Under the pieces are notes generated by a model. The model did no database searches. It was not told where the DNA came from and worked only from the letters and a program-made list of their open reading frames with translations. A stretch of DNA of 64,000 nt, from the IMG/VR virus record IMGVR_UViG_3300042351_001072. The stretch is one strand, 5' to 3'. Positions 1 to 10,165 of this stretch are shown in pieces (position 1 is the stretch's first letter; each line of letters begins with the position of its first letter). This stretch comes from an uncultured virus (IMG/VR IMGVR_UViG_3300042351_001072). Taxonomy: Duplodnaviria > Heunggongvirae > Uroviricota > Caudoviricetes. A program made the position numbers and the translations under genes.

Positions 1-297
1 TTCTTCAGGTTCGTTACTTGAAGATATAATACCAATAACTACATTATTACCATATTCAAAATTAATCTTACGGATAAGTTCAATACCATCAAAGGATGAA
101 CCGATAATGTTTAAATCCACAAATACACATTCAGGTTTCCCATTAGGACTTTTTTGCCAATCGGCAAATAATTTAGCAGCTTCATCTGAACTGTTCAAAC
201 TTCTTAACGACAATGTAATGTCAAGTAATGAACAAGAGTCTTCAAAAACTAAATGAAAAAGGTCTTCATCATCAACTAATAATATTGAATCAATCAT
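1..297 (-). CDS. Response regulator receiver domain protein (runs off window start; not in ORF track)
   Basis: Manual translation: MIDSILLVDDEDLFHLVFEDSCSLL...PECVFVDLNIIGSSFDGIELIRKI...VIGIISSSNEPEE; has DD acidic pocket, phospho-acceptor Asp (VFVDL) and conserved Ser; directly downstream of two kinases. Confidence 0.9.
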   Translation of the reverse strand, partial: MIDSILLVDDEDLFHLVFEDSCSLLDITLSLRSLNSSDEAAKLFADWQKSPNGKPECVFVDLNIIGSSFDGIELIRKINFEYGNNVVIGIISSSNEPEE

Positions 298-307
298 TTT
301 TTTATCT

Positions 308-1630
308 TTATTTTATTTTTATTTTCATTTTGGTTCCACCTTCAATTTTTTCACAACTCAATTTAAAACCATGTTCTTCTAATATTGCAACACAAATATT
401 TAATCCAAGACCTTTCTCGTCACCAGTAAAATCAGCCTTCTTTGAGTATTTTGTTAAACGTTTTTCAAATTGTTTTTGTGAAAACCCTTTACCATTGTCC
501 TCTACTATTAAATATCCCTCTTCGTTATATATTCTAACTTTTTTAACTTCACTATCATTATATGATAAACCATTCTTAATTAAGTTCTCAACCGCATTAC
601 AGAATAAAGTCTCGTTAACCTCCATCTCATCTAACTCAGAAATTTCAACTTGATCACTATATGAATTTGGTGAAATATATTTCCAAATCAAATCTTTAGT
701 GTTAACTACGGATTTATTTAATACAACATTTTGTTTAACAAGATTGGTAAATTCATACACGCTCTTGTATACTTTTTGTGTGTGACTTAATCCTTCCTTA
801 ACCATCTTTAGTGATCCTTCGATCTTTAATCGTTGTATATCTTCAGTGGTTAATCTTTTTTCTAATGAAGTGATACCTCTTGGTATGTATGTGTTAATAC
901 CTGAGTGCATATCGTGTCTGATGATTCTAGCAGCGTGTTCCAAGTAAGTATTCTTCTTAGCAATGTCCGTAAGTTGTTGTTCAATCTCAACATCCTGTAC
1001 TTGTATTCTCTTTCTTTGAAGAACGATTGCTAATATTAAACCGAATATTGCTAACACAACTAAAGCACTATAAAGATATTTCTTTAAGGTTTCTCTTTCT
1101 TTTTCTAAATCAGTTTTCTCATGTATTAAGTTTCCATTTGCATCTGTTAAGTCACCAGTCTCCAAAGTCAAACCAATGATATTTTTTTCTTTACCTAACG
1201 AGATAATTGTATTTTCTTTGGATTTAATAAGTTCTTCATTTTTAGCCGCTTGAGCTAATAATGAATCTCGTTCAGCAGTAAGTTTAGTAATCTTATTATC
1301 AATTTGAATCAATACGTTTTTTAAATCTTCCTTAGGTAAATCATTATATGACTTTGGTAAATCGTCCAAGAACTTAACGTCCTCAGCAATACTCTCTAAA
1401 TCCTCCTCAGAAAGTTTAGTTAAATCAACAGGTTCAGGTTCTGGTTCAGGTGCAATCCAAGTGGTAACAATTTCTTGTATATCCATAGCCTCAACTTGTA
1501 AAGTATCCAAATCATTATTCGTCCATGTGCTATTTATTCCATCAACTATAGTGTCAGAATAATTAACTTCTTGTGAATATGAACTTGATGTTACGAGGAT
1601 AACTGAAAGTAATAATATTATCTTTTTCAT
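308..1630 (-). CDS. Membrane-anchored sensor histidine kinase
   Basis: Signal peptide, coiled coil, one TM helix, H-box RHDMHSGIN, N-box ENLIKNG, G1 DNGKG, G2 GLGL. Confidence 0.9.
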   Translation of the reverse strand: MKKIILLLSVILVTSSSYSQEVNYSDTIVDGINSTWTNNDLDTLQVEAMDIQEIVTTWIAPEPEPEPVDLTKLSEEDLESIAEDVKFLDDLPKSYNDLPKEDLKNVLIQIDNKITKLTAERDSLLAQAAKNEELIKSKENTIISLGKEKNIIGLTLETGDLTDANGNLIHEKTDLEKERETLKKYLYSALVVLAIFGLILAIVLQRKRIQVQDVEIEQQLTDIAKKNTYLEHAARIIRHDMHSGINTYIPRGITSLEKRLTTEDIQRLKIEGSLKMVKEGLSHTQKVYKSVYEFTNLVKQNVVLNKSVVNTKDLIWKYISPNSYSDQVEISELDEMEVNETLFCNAVENLIKNGLSYNDSEVKKVRIYNEEGYLIVEDNGKGFSQKQFEKRLTKYSKKADFTGDEKGLGLNICVAILEEHGFKLSCEKIEGGTKMKIKIK

Positions 1631-2232
1631 TTCTCTAATATGTTTTTATTTTTCCAAATTCTTTGTTCATACAATCTAATCTCTTTTTCAAAATCCTTAA
1701 ATTGAATACCTTTAAAATAATCAACTGCAGGATAGTATTCTTGATTATATTGTTTTTTTAATTCATTCCAATATTTATATTCCTTTTGAGTCATTCTAAC
1801 CAATTGGATTGTTTCTCCATAATCAATACTAAACATATTATAATCGTCTAGATTTATGAAGTAGACAAAATTGTAAGGTGGGATTGTATATACCAAACTT
1901 GGTCCAGCCGCCATCTCAAATAAGACAAGATTAATTTCATCCGCCCATTTATAAGTTGTGTCAGCAATATATTGAATACTATCAACCGTACCATTAAGTT
2001 TAGTAACCACATTAATTAAACTGTCAATCTTTTTATTTTGTGACAATATTTTTTTATTCTGTTCTCTTATAATTTTTCTTTGAGTATCAATTACCTTATT
2101 AACATTTAAAGATTGTTTGATGGTTAAAATAACAACAGAGTCACCCTTATAGATTGTTTGGATTGGGTATTTTAATTGTCCCATACTAACAAGAGAAATC
2201 ATTAAAAAAATTAAAGTTATTAGTGTTTTCAT
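1627..2232 (-). CDS. Exported coiled-coil protein within the two-component operon
   Basis: Signal peptide; 4-bp overlaps with both kinase genes. Confidence 0.75.
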   Translation of the reverse strand: MKTLITLIFLMISLVSMGQLKYPIQTIYKGDSVVILTIKQSLNVNKVIDTQRKIIREQNKKILSQNKKIDSLINVVTKLNGTVDSIQYIADTTYKWADEINLVLFEMAAGPSLVYTIPPYNFVYFINLDDYNMFSIDYGETIQLVRMTQKEYKYWNELKKQYNQEYYPAVDYFKGIQFKDFEKEIRLYEQRIWKNKNILEK

Positions 2233-3830
2233 TTAAATTTAATTTTCATTTTAGTTCCAATTTTATTTTTCTCACAGGTAATTTTAAATCTGTGTTCTTC
2301 TAAAATAGCTACACATATGTTAAGACCCAAACCAGTCCCTGATTCTTTCTGACCCTCTTTTCTTGTGTAAGGTTTAGATAAATGATTAAAATCTTCTTGA
2401 GTAATACCTCTACCGTTATCTTGGATATAGATTGAATCTCCTTCAGAATATATCTTAACAAACTTTGTTTCAGAGTCGTTATACTTCAAACCATTTCTAA
2501 TTAAGTTATCCACCGCAGTACAGAACAAGGGTTCATTCAATTCAATCGTAGGTAGGTTATCATCCAATATTACCTGACTGATATAAGCGGTCGAGGACAA
2601 ATAGTCCTTGAGTATGTCCTTGATGTTACATTCGGCCTTATTCAACACTACATCTTTCTTAACAAGATTGGTAAACTCATACACACCTTTATAAACTTTT
2701 TGTGAATGTTTGAGTCCCTCCTTAATCATTTTAAGTGGAGCTTCAATTTTAAGATTAGTAATATCTTCTGGAGTTAATCTTCTTTCTAATGAGTTAATAC
2801 CTCTTGGCATGTAAGTGTTAATACCTGAATGCATATCGTGTCTCAATATCTTAGCTGCGTGTTCTAAATAGGTATTTTTCTTCTCAATCTCTTTCTTCTG
2901 TTCATAAGATTGTGTAATGTCTGTAGCAATTTTCATAACACGATAAATCTTACCGTCAGTACCAATAATAGGATTGTAAGTTGCTTGTAAATAAACTAAA
3001 GAACCATCTTTTTTAACTCTAGTGATTTCACCTGAAAATAACTCACCCGCCCTTAATTTTCCCCAAAAAAGACAATAATCCTCACTTTTTTCATATTCAT
3101 CCTCCACAAAAATTCTATGGTGTTTTCCAGTTACTTCATCCTGTTCAGAATATCCCATAGTTTCTAAAAACAAATTATTGGCGAAAATGATGTTACCATC
3201 TAAATCAAACTCAATAACTGCGTTAGATTTATTTATCGCATTCATCCTGTTACGAATTTCAACTTCCTTTCTTTTAAGTTCAGTAACATCTTGTCTAATA
3301 GATAAAAAACCGTCTAATCTCCCATCAGTTCCAAATCTTGCCCTGATGTATGTATCGACATAATATAAACTACCATCTTTAGCTTTATTAGTAACCACAT
3401 CATTCCATATCTCACCATTTAATACCGTCTCATACATCTTCCCCCAATACCCATCAGGTTGTGTCCCCGAATTAACTATTGAGTGGTCTTTACCAATAAC
3501 CTCTTCAAGTTTCCATCCTGAAACTTTTTCAAATTTTTTATTAACGTAGGTAATCTTACCGTATTTATCCGCAACAGAAATAATTGTTGCCCTATCAATA
3601 AATTCCTCACTGTCTTTAATTTGTTTTATTAAATTACCTTTCAACTCAACAGTCTGTGATTTCATTAAAAAATAAAATATTGGTGAAAATATTAAAAAAC
3701 AAGACATTTCAATAACCCTTGTAATTGTGCTAGGGTCTATAATCTCAGTTAATACAGAAATTTTAGTTAAAAGAAAAACTATCATTAAAAACAATGATGA
3801 ATATAATAATACTTTACGGTTAATTGTCAT
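2229..3830 (-). CDS. PAS-PAS sensor histidine kinase
   Basis: Two N-terminal TM helices, two PAS/PAC domains (ITYVNKKFEKVSGW..KDGSLYYV; IFANNLFLETMGY..KKDGSLVYL), H-box RHDMHSGIN, DNGRG, GTGLGL. Confidence 0.92.
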   Translation of the reverse strand: MTINRKVLLYSSLFLMIVFLLTKISVLTEIIDPSTITRVIEMSCFLIFSPIFYFLMKSQTVELKGNLIKQIKDSEEFIDRATIISVADKYGKITYVNKKFEKVSGWKLEEVIGKDHSIVNSGTQPDGYWGKMYETVLNGEIWNDVVTNKAKDGSLYYVDTYIRARFGTDGRLDGFLSIRQDVTELKRKEVEIRNRMNAINKSNAVIEFDLDGNIIFANNLFLETMGYSEQDEVTGKHHRIFVEDEYEKSEDYCLFWGKLRAGELFSGEITRVKKDGSLVYLQATYNPIIGTDGKIYRVMKIATDITQSYEQKKEIEKKNTYLEHAAKILRHDMHSGINTYMPRGINSLERRLTPEDITNLKIEAPLKMIKEGLKHSQKVYKGVYEFTNLVKKDVVLNKAECNIKDILKDYLSSTAYISQVILDDNLPTIELNEPLFCTAVDNLIRNGLKYNDSETKFVKIYSEGDSIYIQDNGRGITQEDFNHLSKPYTRKEGQKESGTGLGLNICVAILEEHRFKITCEKNKIGTKMKIKFK

Positions 3831-3885
3831 ACTAATAAATATATCTTAACTCTTTACTTTTCAATATTCTTAATATTTATAATAA
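3831..3885. promoter_or_regulatory. Divergent pair of TATTTAT (putative phage late) promoter motifs
   Basis: Minus strand atataTTTATtagtATG before the kinase; plus strand aaTATTTATaat before 3898; motif recurs upstream of dozens of genes. Confidence 0.6.
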
Positions 3886-3897
3886 AAATTATATATT

Positions 3898-4497
3898 ATG
3901 AACTACACAAGAGAACAAGTTGAGGTTGCAGTAAAATCCAAAGGATATGTTTGGTTTGAAGATTCTAACAATAAAGGCTTTGATGTGAATATCATTGGGA
4001 TAAGAAATACAAGTACAGGTCAAAAGGTTACCAATGTATTTGATGACTTGTTAACATTATCTTATAAAGATGAGACAGGTACATGGAAGTACCATCAATG
4101 GCCAGCAACTACCGACCCAGGTAAAAAAGGAGTTATGGAGTATCATAATAAAGATGGGGTCGCAAGATTGGTTGAAGGTCAGTACAGAGGATCTCACACA
4201 ATTAGATTACATCAAGGTAAATATGAAGCTTTAGGTCAATCAAAAAACGTTAAAGTTTATCGTGACGCAAATAAAGATCTTATTTACGATGAGAACAAAA
4301 TTACTGAAGGTGTTTATGGTATTAATATCCATAAAGCAGGTGCGGATTCTACCTACGTTGAGAACTGGTCTGAAGGTTGTCAAGTATTTAAAAAATCTGC
4401 AGATTTTGAGGAATTTATGAAGATTTGTAGAAAAGCTAAAGATATACATGGTAACTCATTTAGTTACACATTAATTAAATCAACAGATATTAAATAA
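3898..4497 (+). CDS. Putative peptidoglycan hydrolase / endolysin, YkuD (L,D-transpeptidase)-like catalytic motif
   Basis: GINIHKAG...WSEGCQV matches the H-x(n)-S-x-G-C motif. Confidence 0.6.
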   Translation: MNYTREQVEVAVKSKGYVWFEDSNNKGFDVNIIGIRNTSTGQKVTNVFDDLLTLSYKDETGTWKYHQWPATTDPGKKGVMEYHNKDGVARLVEGQYRGSHTIRLHQGKYEALGQSKNVKVYRDANKDLIYDENKITEGVYGINIHKAGADSTYVENWSEGCQVFKKSADFEEFMKICRKAKDIHGNSFSYTLIKSTDIK

Positions 4498-4612
4498 ATT
4501 ATTCCGTATCTACCTAATTGATACAATTACGTTCATTTATAAGTTGTGTTTAACAATATAAAATGAATATTTAATCTATTTCTTTTATTAACCAATAGGT
4601 TATTTTTAACCT

Positions 4613-4891
4613 ATGAAAAAGAATGAATTACTTGAAGACATTATCAACTCATCATTATGTGGTCAACTTGACCTTATGTTTGGTGACGGTAGTTATGTTA
4701 AGGTAGGTCATTTAGGGTATGTCCAAAGTAAAAAGAAATATATAGTCCACGTAAAACTACATATTACAGATATTGAAGATGGTATGACGTTTTATCCTGA
4801 CGGTCTTGAAACTGTCGTAAGATTGGCTTGGAAAGTTATTGGAAGAAAACAACCACTGATGATCTTACCATCAGTGGATATTAAAGATTAA
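4613..4891 (+). CDS. Hypothetical protein
   Basis: Clean ORF with phage-like composition. Confidence 0.65.
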   Translation: MKKNELLEDIINSSLCGQLDLMFGDGSYVKVGHLGYVQSKKKYIVHVKLHITDIEDGMTFYPDGLETVVRLAWKVIGRKQPLMILPSVDIKD

Positions 4892-5478
4892 TCCCACCAC
4901 CCTTTCATTCTTTCTTTCAATACCTTATGTAAAAGATCATTAGCCTTTTCTTCATTATGTCTTGAAACCCAAAAACATAAATCCTTTTTATTGAGATCAG
5001 GTTTTTCCTTTAATACTTTACGAACACTTGAGGGATATTTTTTTATGTATTCATCGTAATTTTCGGAGATTATATCCTGTTCCATTGAAAAGTATTCTTC
5101 ATCATCATCGTTATCTTTTTCAATTGGTTCAAATCTAAATTTTGATTCATAGTAATCAAGATATTCACCACCATAATATTCTTCCTTAACTCTTTCAATC
5201 AAATTAAGAGCAATTGTCATATCACGATTATCGCGTTCAACTTGTGTATGTCTATTGGCATAGATTATTTCTTTACGCTGGAATTCTATTTTCTTTTGTA
5301 GAATGTTATAGATATACCAATCATCCCAATCTCTGTCTTTAAAGATTGTTGGAGCCCATTTTATTATATTATGACAACCAGTTAGGAATGATCTTATTCT
5401 CCAATGGAGTCTTCCCCACAATGTATTTCTACTCCAAGCAGAGTCTTTAGGTATAGTTAATTTTTCAAATGTTTTCAT
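4888..5478 (-). CDS. Hypothetical phage protein (host-type promoter)
   Basis: ORF preceded by TATCTTTG 4 nt before ATG. Confidence 0.75.
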   Translation of the reverse strand: MKTFEKLTIPKDSAWSRNTLWGRLHWRIRSFLTGCHNIIKWAPTIFKDRDWDDWYIYNILQKKIEFQRKEIIYANRHTQVERDNRDMTIALNLIERVKEEYYGGEYLDYYESKFRFEPIEKDNDDDEEYFSMEQDIISENYDEYIKKYPSSVRKVLKEKPDLNKKDLCFWVSRHNEEKANDLLHKVLKERMKGWWD

Positions 5479-5482
5479 AGTA

Positions 5483-5543
5483 CAAAGATATATAAAAAAA
5501 TAACAATAAAATTATTATTTTCAAGATATTTTTCGTATATTTG
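5483..5543. promoter_or_regulatory. Divergent Bacteroidota -7 promoter elements (TAnnTTTG)
   Basis: TATCTTTG on minus (5483-5490) and TATATTTG on plus (5536-5543); established Bacteroidota primary-sigma consensus. Confidence 0.7.
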
Positions 5544-5562
5544 TTATATAAACATAATAACC

Positions 5563-5988
5563 ATGAAACGAGTAGGATATTTCAAAGTAGGTAAACCAAA
5601 ATACGATTCTGTTGGTCGTATGGTTTTTAGAAAGATCCAAGAAGTGATCAAAGGTGAACCATTAAATTCTTTTGTAATGGCAGAATTTGGTGATCTTGAT
5701 TTAATGTATACTTTTTTGAGTGATTATAAAACTGATCAACTTAAAACCATTTTATCTAAAAATAAAATCTTAATTGACTATTCTGATATAACATTTATGG
5801 TTTTATCTGGTAATAACGTTAATAATGAATTTACCAAATCATTTTCTGATGTTGAGAATAAAGAGGTTTTGGCAGCCTACATAAAAGAAAACTTGACCGT
5901 AGACATGGTTTTGGATAAAATATTGGATTCAGGTATTGATTCAATTAACGAGATTGATTTAATTGTGTTGGAAACAAAAAAACCGTAA
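5563..5988 (+). CDS. Hypothetical protein
   Basis: ORF with host-type promoter; C-terminal DMVLDKILDSGIDSINEID motif resembles DRILDKISDGSYESLSIDE in 6588..7091. Confidence 0.75.
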   Translation: MKRVGYFKVGKPKYDSVGRMVFRKIQEVIKGEPLNSFVMAEFGDLDLMYTFLSDYKTDQLKTILSKNKILIDYSDITFMVLSGNNVNNEFTKSFSDVENKEVLAAYIKENLTVDMVLDKILDSGIDSINEIDLIVLETKKP

Positions 5989-6007
5989 GGATCTCTTACG
6001 GTTTTTA
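5976..6007. terminator. Bidirectional intrinsic terminator
   Basis: aaaaaaccgtaag-gatct-cttacggtttttt between convergent genes. Confidence 0.75.
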
Positions 6008-6024
6008 ATATTTTAAATTTTTAA

Positions 6025-6528
6025 TTATCTTAATCTACGTCTGTTAAATCTACTTTCGTTTGATTGTGCCTTACTTTGGTAACTTCTTGTTGCTCCAGCA
6101 GCTCCCGATCCTAAATCTTGCATAAGTCTTTTTGCTCTACTTCTACCTTCATGATATTTAACAAATGCTTTACCTGTTCTTCTTGGGTACATTATTTCTA
6201 ATTCACCTAAAAAGTTATTATTTTCAGCTTGTCCAATAATTTTTTCTTTAGCTTCTTCCCATCCTTGTTCATCTCCATATCTAAAGTTTTCAAGATCTGA
6301 TAAAATTTCTTCTTCTACCTCATCCAATTTATCAAAGAACGCTTTTTCTCCCTCTTCTTTTTCTGATTCGTCACCATATCCGGTACCCCATCTTTTAACA
6401 TCTTTAAATTTGTCACTTAAAAATCCTTCTTCCATTTCAGGATTTTCCATACCATATTGAGCTTGTTCTACCATTCTTTTAATAAGGGTAGTTAATTCGC
6501 TTTCGGTTAATCTTATTTTTCTTTTCAT
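6025..6528 (-). CDS. Leader-bearing protein (LTESEL class)
   Basis: MKRKIRLTESELTTLIKRMVE leader; TATTTAT upstream. Confidence 0.8.
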   Translation of the reverse strand: MKRKIRLTESELTTLIKRMVEQAQYGMENPEMEEGFLSDKFKDVKRWGTGYGDESEKEEGEKAFFDKLDEVEEEILSDLENFRYGDEQGWEEAKEKIIGQAENNNFLGELEIMYPRRTGKAFVKYHEGRSRAKRLMQDLGSGAAGATRSYQSKAQSNESRFNRRRLR

Positions 6529-6587
6529 TTTATTTTATTTTCGGTTTTTTATTGTTATATATAAATATATTAGTTTTTAAAAAAGTT

Positions 6588-7091
6588 TTAATTTATTAAT
6601 GATGGGATAACCTCATCCTCAAAAAACATTTTAACCTCATGTTCCATACCTTCTATATCATCTTGGAATCTCCCAACCTCATCGTAAATACTTTCAGGTT
6701 CCTCATTAATATCATAGAAATCAAAGTTTACTAAGTGTCCCATTTTATTTAAAAATAGACCTCCAATGTATTCTTTATCTTTAAATAGTATTGTACCATA
6801 TAATGCGGTTTCACTTTCAGTTTGTTCTTCATAATCAAAAACAAATTCTATCTTTGGTATATGATTAAATGACGATGTAAATTTCTCACCTTCTCTATCA
6901 TCATAACTTTCAGAAGGATCAACAAATTCATCAGGTCTTCCTTCATGTTTTGAAAACGCATCCAAGTATCTTTTTTCATCAATACTTAAAGACTCATAAC
7001 TACCATCACTAATTTTATCTAATATACGATCAACTTCTTCTTGACTTTCAAGTAGAATACGATATTGATTTTCAGTGATAATAATATTCAT
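6588..7091 (-). CDS. Leader-bearing acidic protein (IIITExQ class)
   Basis: MNIIITENQYRILLE leader. Confidence 0.8.
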   Translation of the reverse strand: MNIIITENQYRILLESQEEVDRILDKISDGSYESLSIDEKRYLDAFSKHEGRPDEFVDPSESYDDREGEKFTSSFNHIPKIEFVFDYEEQTESETALYGTILFKDKEYIGGLFLNKMGHLVNFDFYDINEEPESIYDEVGRFQDDIEGMEHEVKMFFEDEVIPSLIN

Positions 7092-7092
7092 T

Positions 7093-8289
7093 TTACTTAC
7101 AAAGATTTCCGTCTTGTGCCGACTCTAATGCGTCCGCAATAGCATCTAATGTTTTAGGTCCAGCTTTACCGTCTTCTTTAATATTCATTGAATAACAACT
7201 ATTAATTTTCTTTTGAAGTTCTAATACTGAAGATGGTTTGAATTCGTCAGAATTATTATCAACAATATAATCAAGGATTGCTCCAGAAGTTTCAGATCCA
7301 ATTCTACCGTCAGTTGATATGTCATAACCTTCATCAGTTAAAAACTTTTGTATGTCCATTACTTCAGCATCTACAGGTCTTTTAGTTCCTCTATTAGGTG
7401 TCTCATCATCTTTGTCCGCAAAACTTATACCTCTAAATTCTTTATCGTCACATGAATAATCTAATTCAACACCTTTACGTATTTTTTTACCATTACCCAT
7501 ATAATAATCAGTTCCAATTCTAAAACGAGTTCTTTTACCGTCAGCGAATTTTTCACCTTTTGCATCAGGATGTTCAATAACACACATATACATATTCCAA
7601 TTGTCTGATTGTTCTTCACTACCACCACCACCTGCGGAACCTGAATCACATTTCCAATCAGAGTTTTTATAATCTTCTACAGATTTATGTCCACATTTTT
7701 TCGCTTTGACCAATAAGTCTTCGTCACCTTCTTCTTTTTTACCTTCAGAATCTGATTTTTTACCAACTAATTTAGTACTAAATCTAATAACATCGGCAAC
7801 AGGAGAAAGTAAGTATAATCTTTGATCTGTATCATCATTAAATTCACCATTCATTGATTCAAAAAAGTTTTCAAATCTACTACTATACATTTCAATCATA
7901 TAACAAAAATCAGGAAAACTTTTAGTATTACGGATACCACTCGCAATTTTCTTTTCGTTTGTAGACCCTCCAATACCAAGCCAATTATCATTATCTTCAG
8001 TTCCTTGATATATGCTTTCGGCAATACCATCTAAAGCTGACTCACTCTGAACTAATGGACCTAAACCATCTTTACCTGATGTACATACGTTACAGATAGA
8101 TTCAAATCTATCCTGAGGATCCCCCGTTTCATTTTCAGTATATTTTAATTGATCCGCAACGTCTTGTGTGATACCCCCTGGAACCAAACCATTAGTAGAC
8201 TCATCTTGTTCATTAAGTCTTCTCTCATTAAGAACCTTAGTTACGATTCTTTTAAGATCGTTTTCGTTTAATTTAATAATCTTTGCCAT
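7093..8289 (-). CDS. Leader-bearing multidomain protein with annexin-like repeat and C-terminal peptidoglycan-binding repeats
   Basis: MAKIIKLNENDLKRIVTKVLNE leader; GGSTNEKKI..MNGEF; two DGxxGxxT motifs (DGRIGSET, DGKAGPKT). Confidence 0.7.
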   Translation of the reverse strand: MAKIIKLNENDLKRIVTKVLNERRLNEQDESTNGLVPGGITQDVADQLKYTENETGDPQDRFESICNVCTSGKDGLGPLVQSESALDGIAESIYQGTEDNDNWLGIGGSTNEKKIASGIRNTKSFPDFCYMIEMYSSRFENFFESMNGEFNDDTDQRLYLLSPVADVIRFSTKLVGKKSDSEGKKEEGDEDLLVKAKKCGHKSVEDYKNSDWKCDSGSAGGGGSEEQSDNWNMYMCVIEHPDAKGEKFADGKRTRFRIGTDYYMGNGKKIRKGVELDYSCDDKEFRGISFADKDDETPNRGTKRPVDAEVMDIQKFLTDEGYDISTDGRIGSETSGAILDYIVDNNSDEFKPSSVLELQKKINSCYSMNIKEDGKAGPKTLDAIADALESAQDGNLCK

Positions 8290-8294
8290 GTTTT

Positions 8295-8702
8295 TTATTT
8301 TTTAGTTAGATATAATTGACCATATGTTTGTTTAGAGGTTGGCTCAACTGATTTCCATAGGTTCGCCAATGCTTTATTACAAAATACTGTTGGTGGGTTT
8401 TTCCATCTTTTATCGGATAATTTAATACCACTAACTGCATTATTGGCGTATGTCGCTTTTACCCAAGTTCTGAATTTACCTTCATCTTCAATTGTTTTAA
8501 GTTCAGGTGCTGCGGCACAAGTACTAACAGTAGTAGAGGAACCTGCAGCTTGTTGAGTTCCACCAGCTTGTTGGACTGTCTCTAATGGAATTGGTTCTAA
8601 ATCATCAAACCTACTAGCATCCTCTTTTAGTAATGAAATTCTTTCATTGATATGCATAGAACGTATTCTTAGTTTTTCTTGTTCACTTATTAAACTTTTC
8701 AT
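8295..8702 (-). CDS. Leader-bearing hypothetical protein
   Basis: MKSLISEQEKLRIRSMH..LLKE leader variant; TATTTAT upstream. Confidence 0.75.
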   Translation of the reverse strand: MKSLISEQEKLRIRSMHINERISLLKEDASRFDDLEPIPLETVQQAGGTQQAAGSSTTVSTCAAAPELKTIEDEGKFRTWVKATYANNAVSGIKLSDKRWKNPPTVFCNKALANLWKSVEPTSKQTYGQLYLTKK

Positions 8703-8786
8703 ATTTTTTACTTTTATAATAAATATATCGTTATTTTGATTTTACATTATAAAATATATGTTCTATACTTAAAAAAAGAATATTTT

Positions 8787-9212
8787 ATGAAAAAAGTTTT
8801 AAACGACAGTACTGTTACAGTACATTACACCGGAAAATTAGAAGATGGGACTATTTTTGATACATCTTTGGCCGAAGGTAGAGAACCATTAACAACAACT
8901 TTAGGTCAAGGACAACTTATTAAAGGGTTTGAGTCAGGTCTTGTTGATATGTTGGAAGGTGATAAAAAAACAATTGAAATTGAATCTGTTGATGCTTACG
9001 GTGATCATGTTGTAGATATGATCATTGAGGTGGCTAAGGATAAAGTTCCTGAAGAAGTTTTTGTTGGTCAAGTTTTACAAACCAACGGTCCTATGGGTCC
9101 TAGTTTTGTAAAGGTAATGGAGATTAAAGATGAGGTTGTGGTAATTGATGCAAATCACCCATTAGCCGGTAAAAAATTAATCTTTGATCTTGAGGTTGTT
9201 GGTATTTCTTAA
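8787..9212 (+). CDS. FKBP-type peptidyl-prolyl isomerase (SlyD/SlpA type, no His-rich tail)
   Basis: VTVHYTGKLEDGTIFDTS, LGQGQLIKGFE, DANHPLAGKKLIF; ATG at 8787 preferred over TTG 8736. Confidence 0.92.
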   Translation: MKKVLNDSTVTVHYTGKLEDGTIFDTSLAEGREPLTTTLGQGQLIKGFESGLVDMLEGDKKTIEIESVDAYGDHVVDMIIEVAKDKVPEEVFVGQVLQTNGPMGPSFVKVMEIKDEVVVIDANHPLAGKKLIFDLEVVGIS

Positions 9213-9280
9213 TATTAATAACTTTTTAATTTTATTAGTCCCTCATACTATATTTATCATATACTGAATATTTATAAAGT

Positions 9281-10162
9281 ATGAGGGATATAATTAAAAA
9301 AGTATTAAAGGAGGAATCCGAAGTTAAAGAGATGGGACTTAACCTTAATAAGGTAAGGTATTCCCAGCCTAGTAACTATCTCATTAAATCACTTATTAAG
9401 AAAGAGAAAGGTGACGAGTTAAAAAATGAGTTAAAAAAAATGACTCAAAAATGCAATGATCTTTATTCTAAGATTAATACAGATCTTAAAAATATAAAAT
9501 GGGAAGATATTGAATTTAGTGAAAAAGGTAAATTCCTTTATGTTATGCTACCAAAAAGAATAACTAATAAAATGAAGGATTTAACTGAACTATATGAAGA
9601 ATTAAATAATAATTATTACACAGTTGGATTGAACCCCGTTAATAAAATTTCCCAAATGGCGGCAGATTACAAAGAATTTATAGTAACAATATGGATTTAT
9701 ATGTATACTGATCAACCAAGAAATAGAACTCACTTTCCAAAAGGATTACCAAAATCATTATTGGGTTATAATATTGGTGTTAAAATTTATAGATCACTTC
9801 TTAACAAACTTGGGTTCATACAATCTGAGAAGGATGCAACTAGTGATGTTCAAGAGGTTTATAGAAAATTATTACAGATGCCAGATGTTAATGCAGTTAT
9901 TTACAACGACTCTGTTTTATTAATTGAGGATGGTTTACCTAAAGAAAAAGTAATTGATATTGTAACTGATAGTATATATGAAAGATATCTTACAGGATCT
10001 AATAAAAGAAAACTTGTTTTAAATAGAAATATTATTGTTAATACTAAGTTATTAAGAATTATTGGTGAAACAAAATTACTTAATTTAATGTATGAGTTGT
10101 TTTATACCGCAAAAAAAGAATACAGAGAACCATTTGAAACTATTGGGTATAGATCAAAATAA
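9281..10162 (+). CDS. Leader-bearing protein, possible GNAT-like fold
   Basis: MRDIIKKVLKEE leader, TATTTAT 5 nt before ATG; LGYNIGVKIYRSL...VQEVYRKL resembles GNAT motif A/B. Confidence 0.6.
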   Translation: MRDIIKKVLKEESEVKEMGLNLNKVRYSQPSNYLIKSLIKKEKGDELKNELKKMTQKCNDLYSKINTDLKNIKWEDIEFSEKGKFLYVMLPKRITNKMKDLTELYEELNNNYYTVGLNPVNKISQMAADYKEFIVTIWIYMYTDQPRNRTHFPKGLPKSLLGYNIGVKIYRSLLNKLGFIQSEKDATSDVQEVYRKLLQMPDVNAVIYNDSVLLIEDGLPKEKVIDIVTDSIYERYLTGSNKRKLVLNRNIIVNTKLLRIIGETKLLNLMYELFYTAKKEYREPFETIGYRSK

Positions 10163-10165
10163 TTC

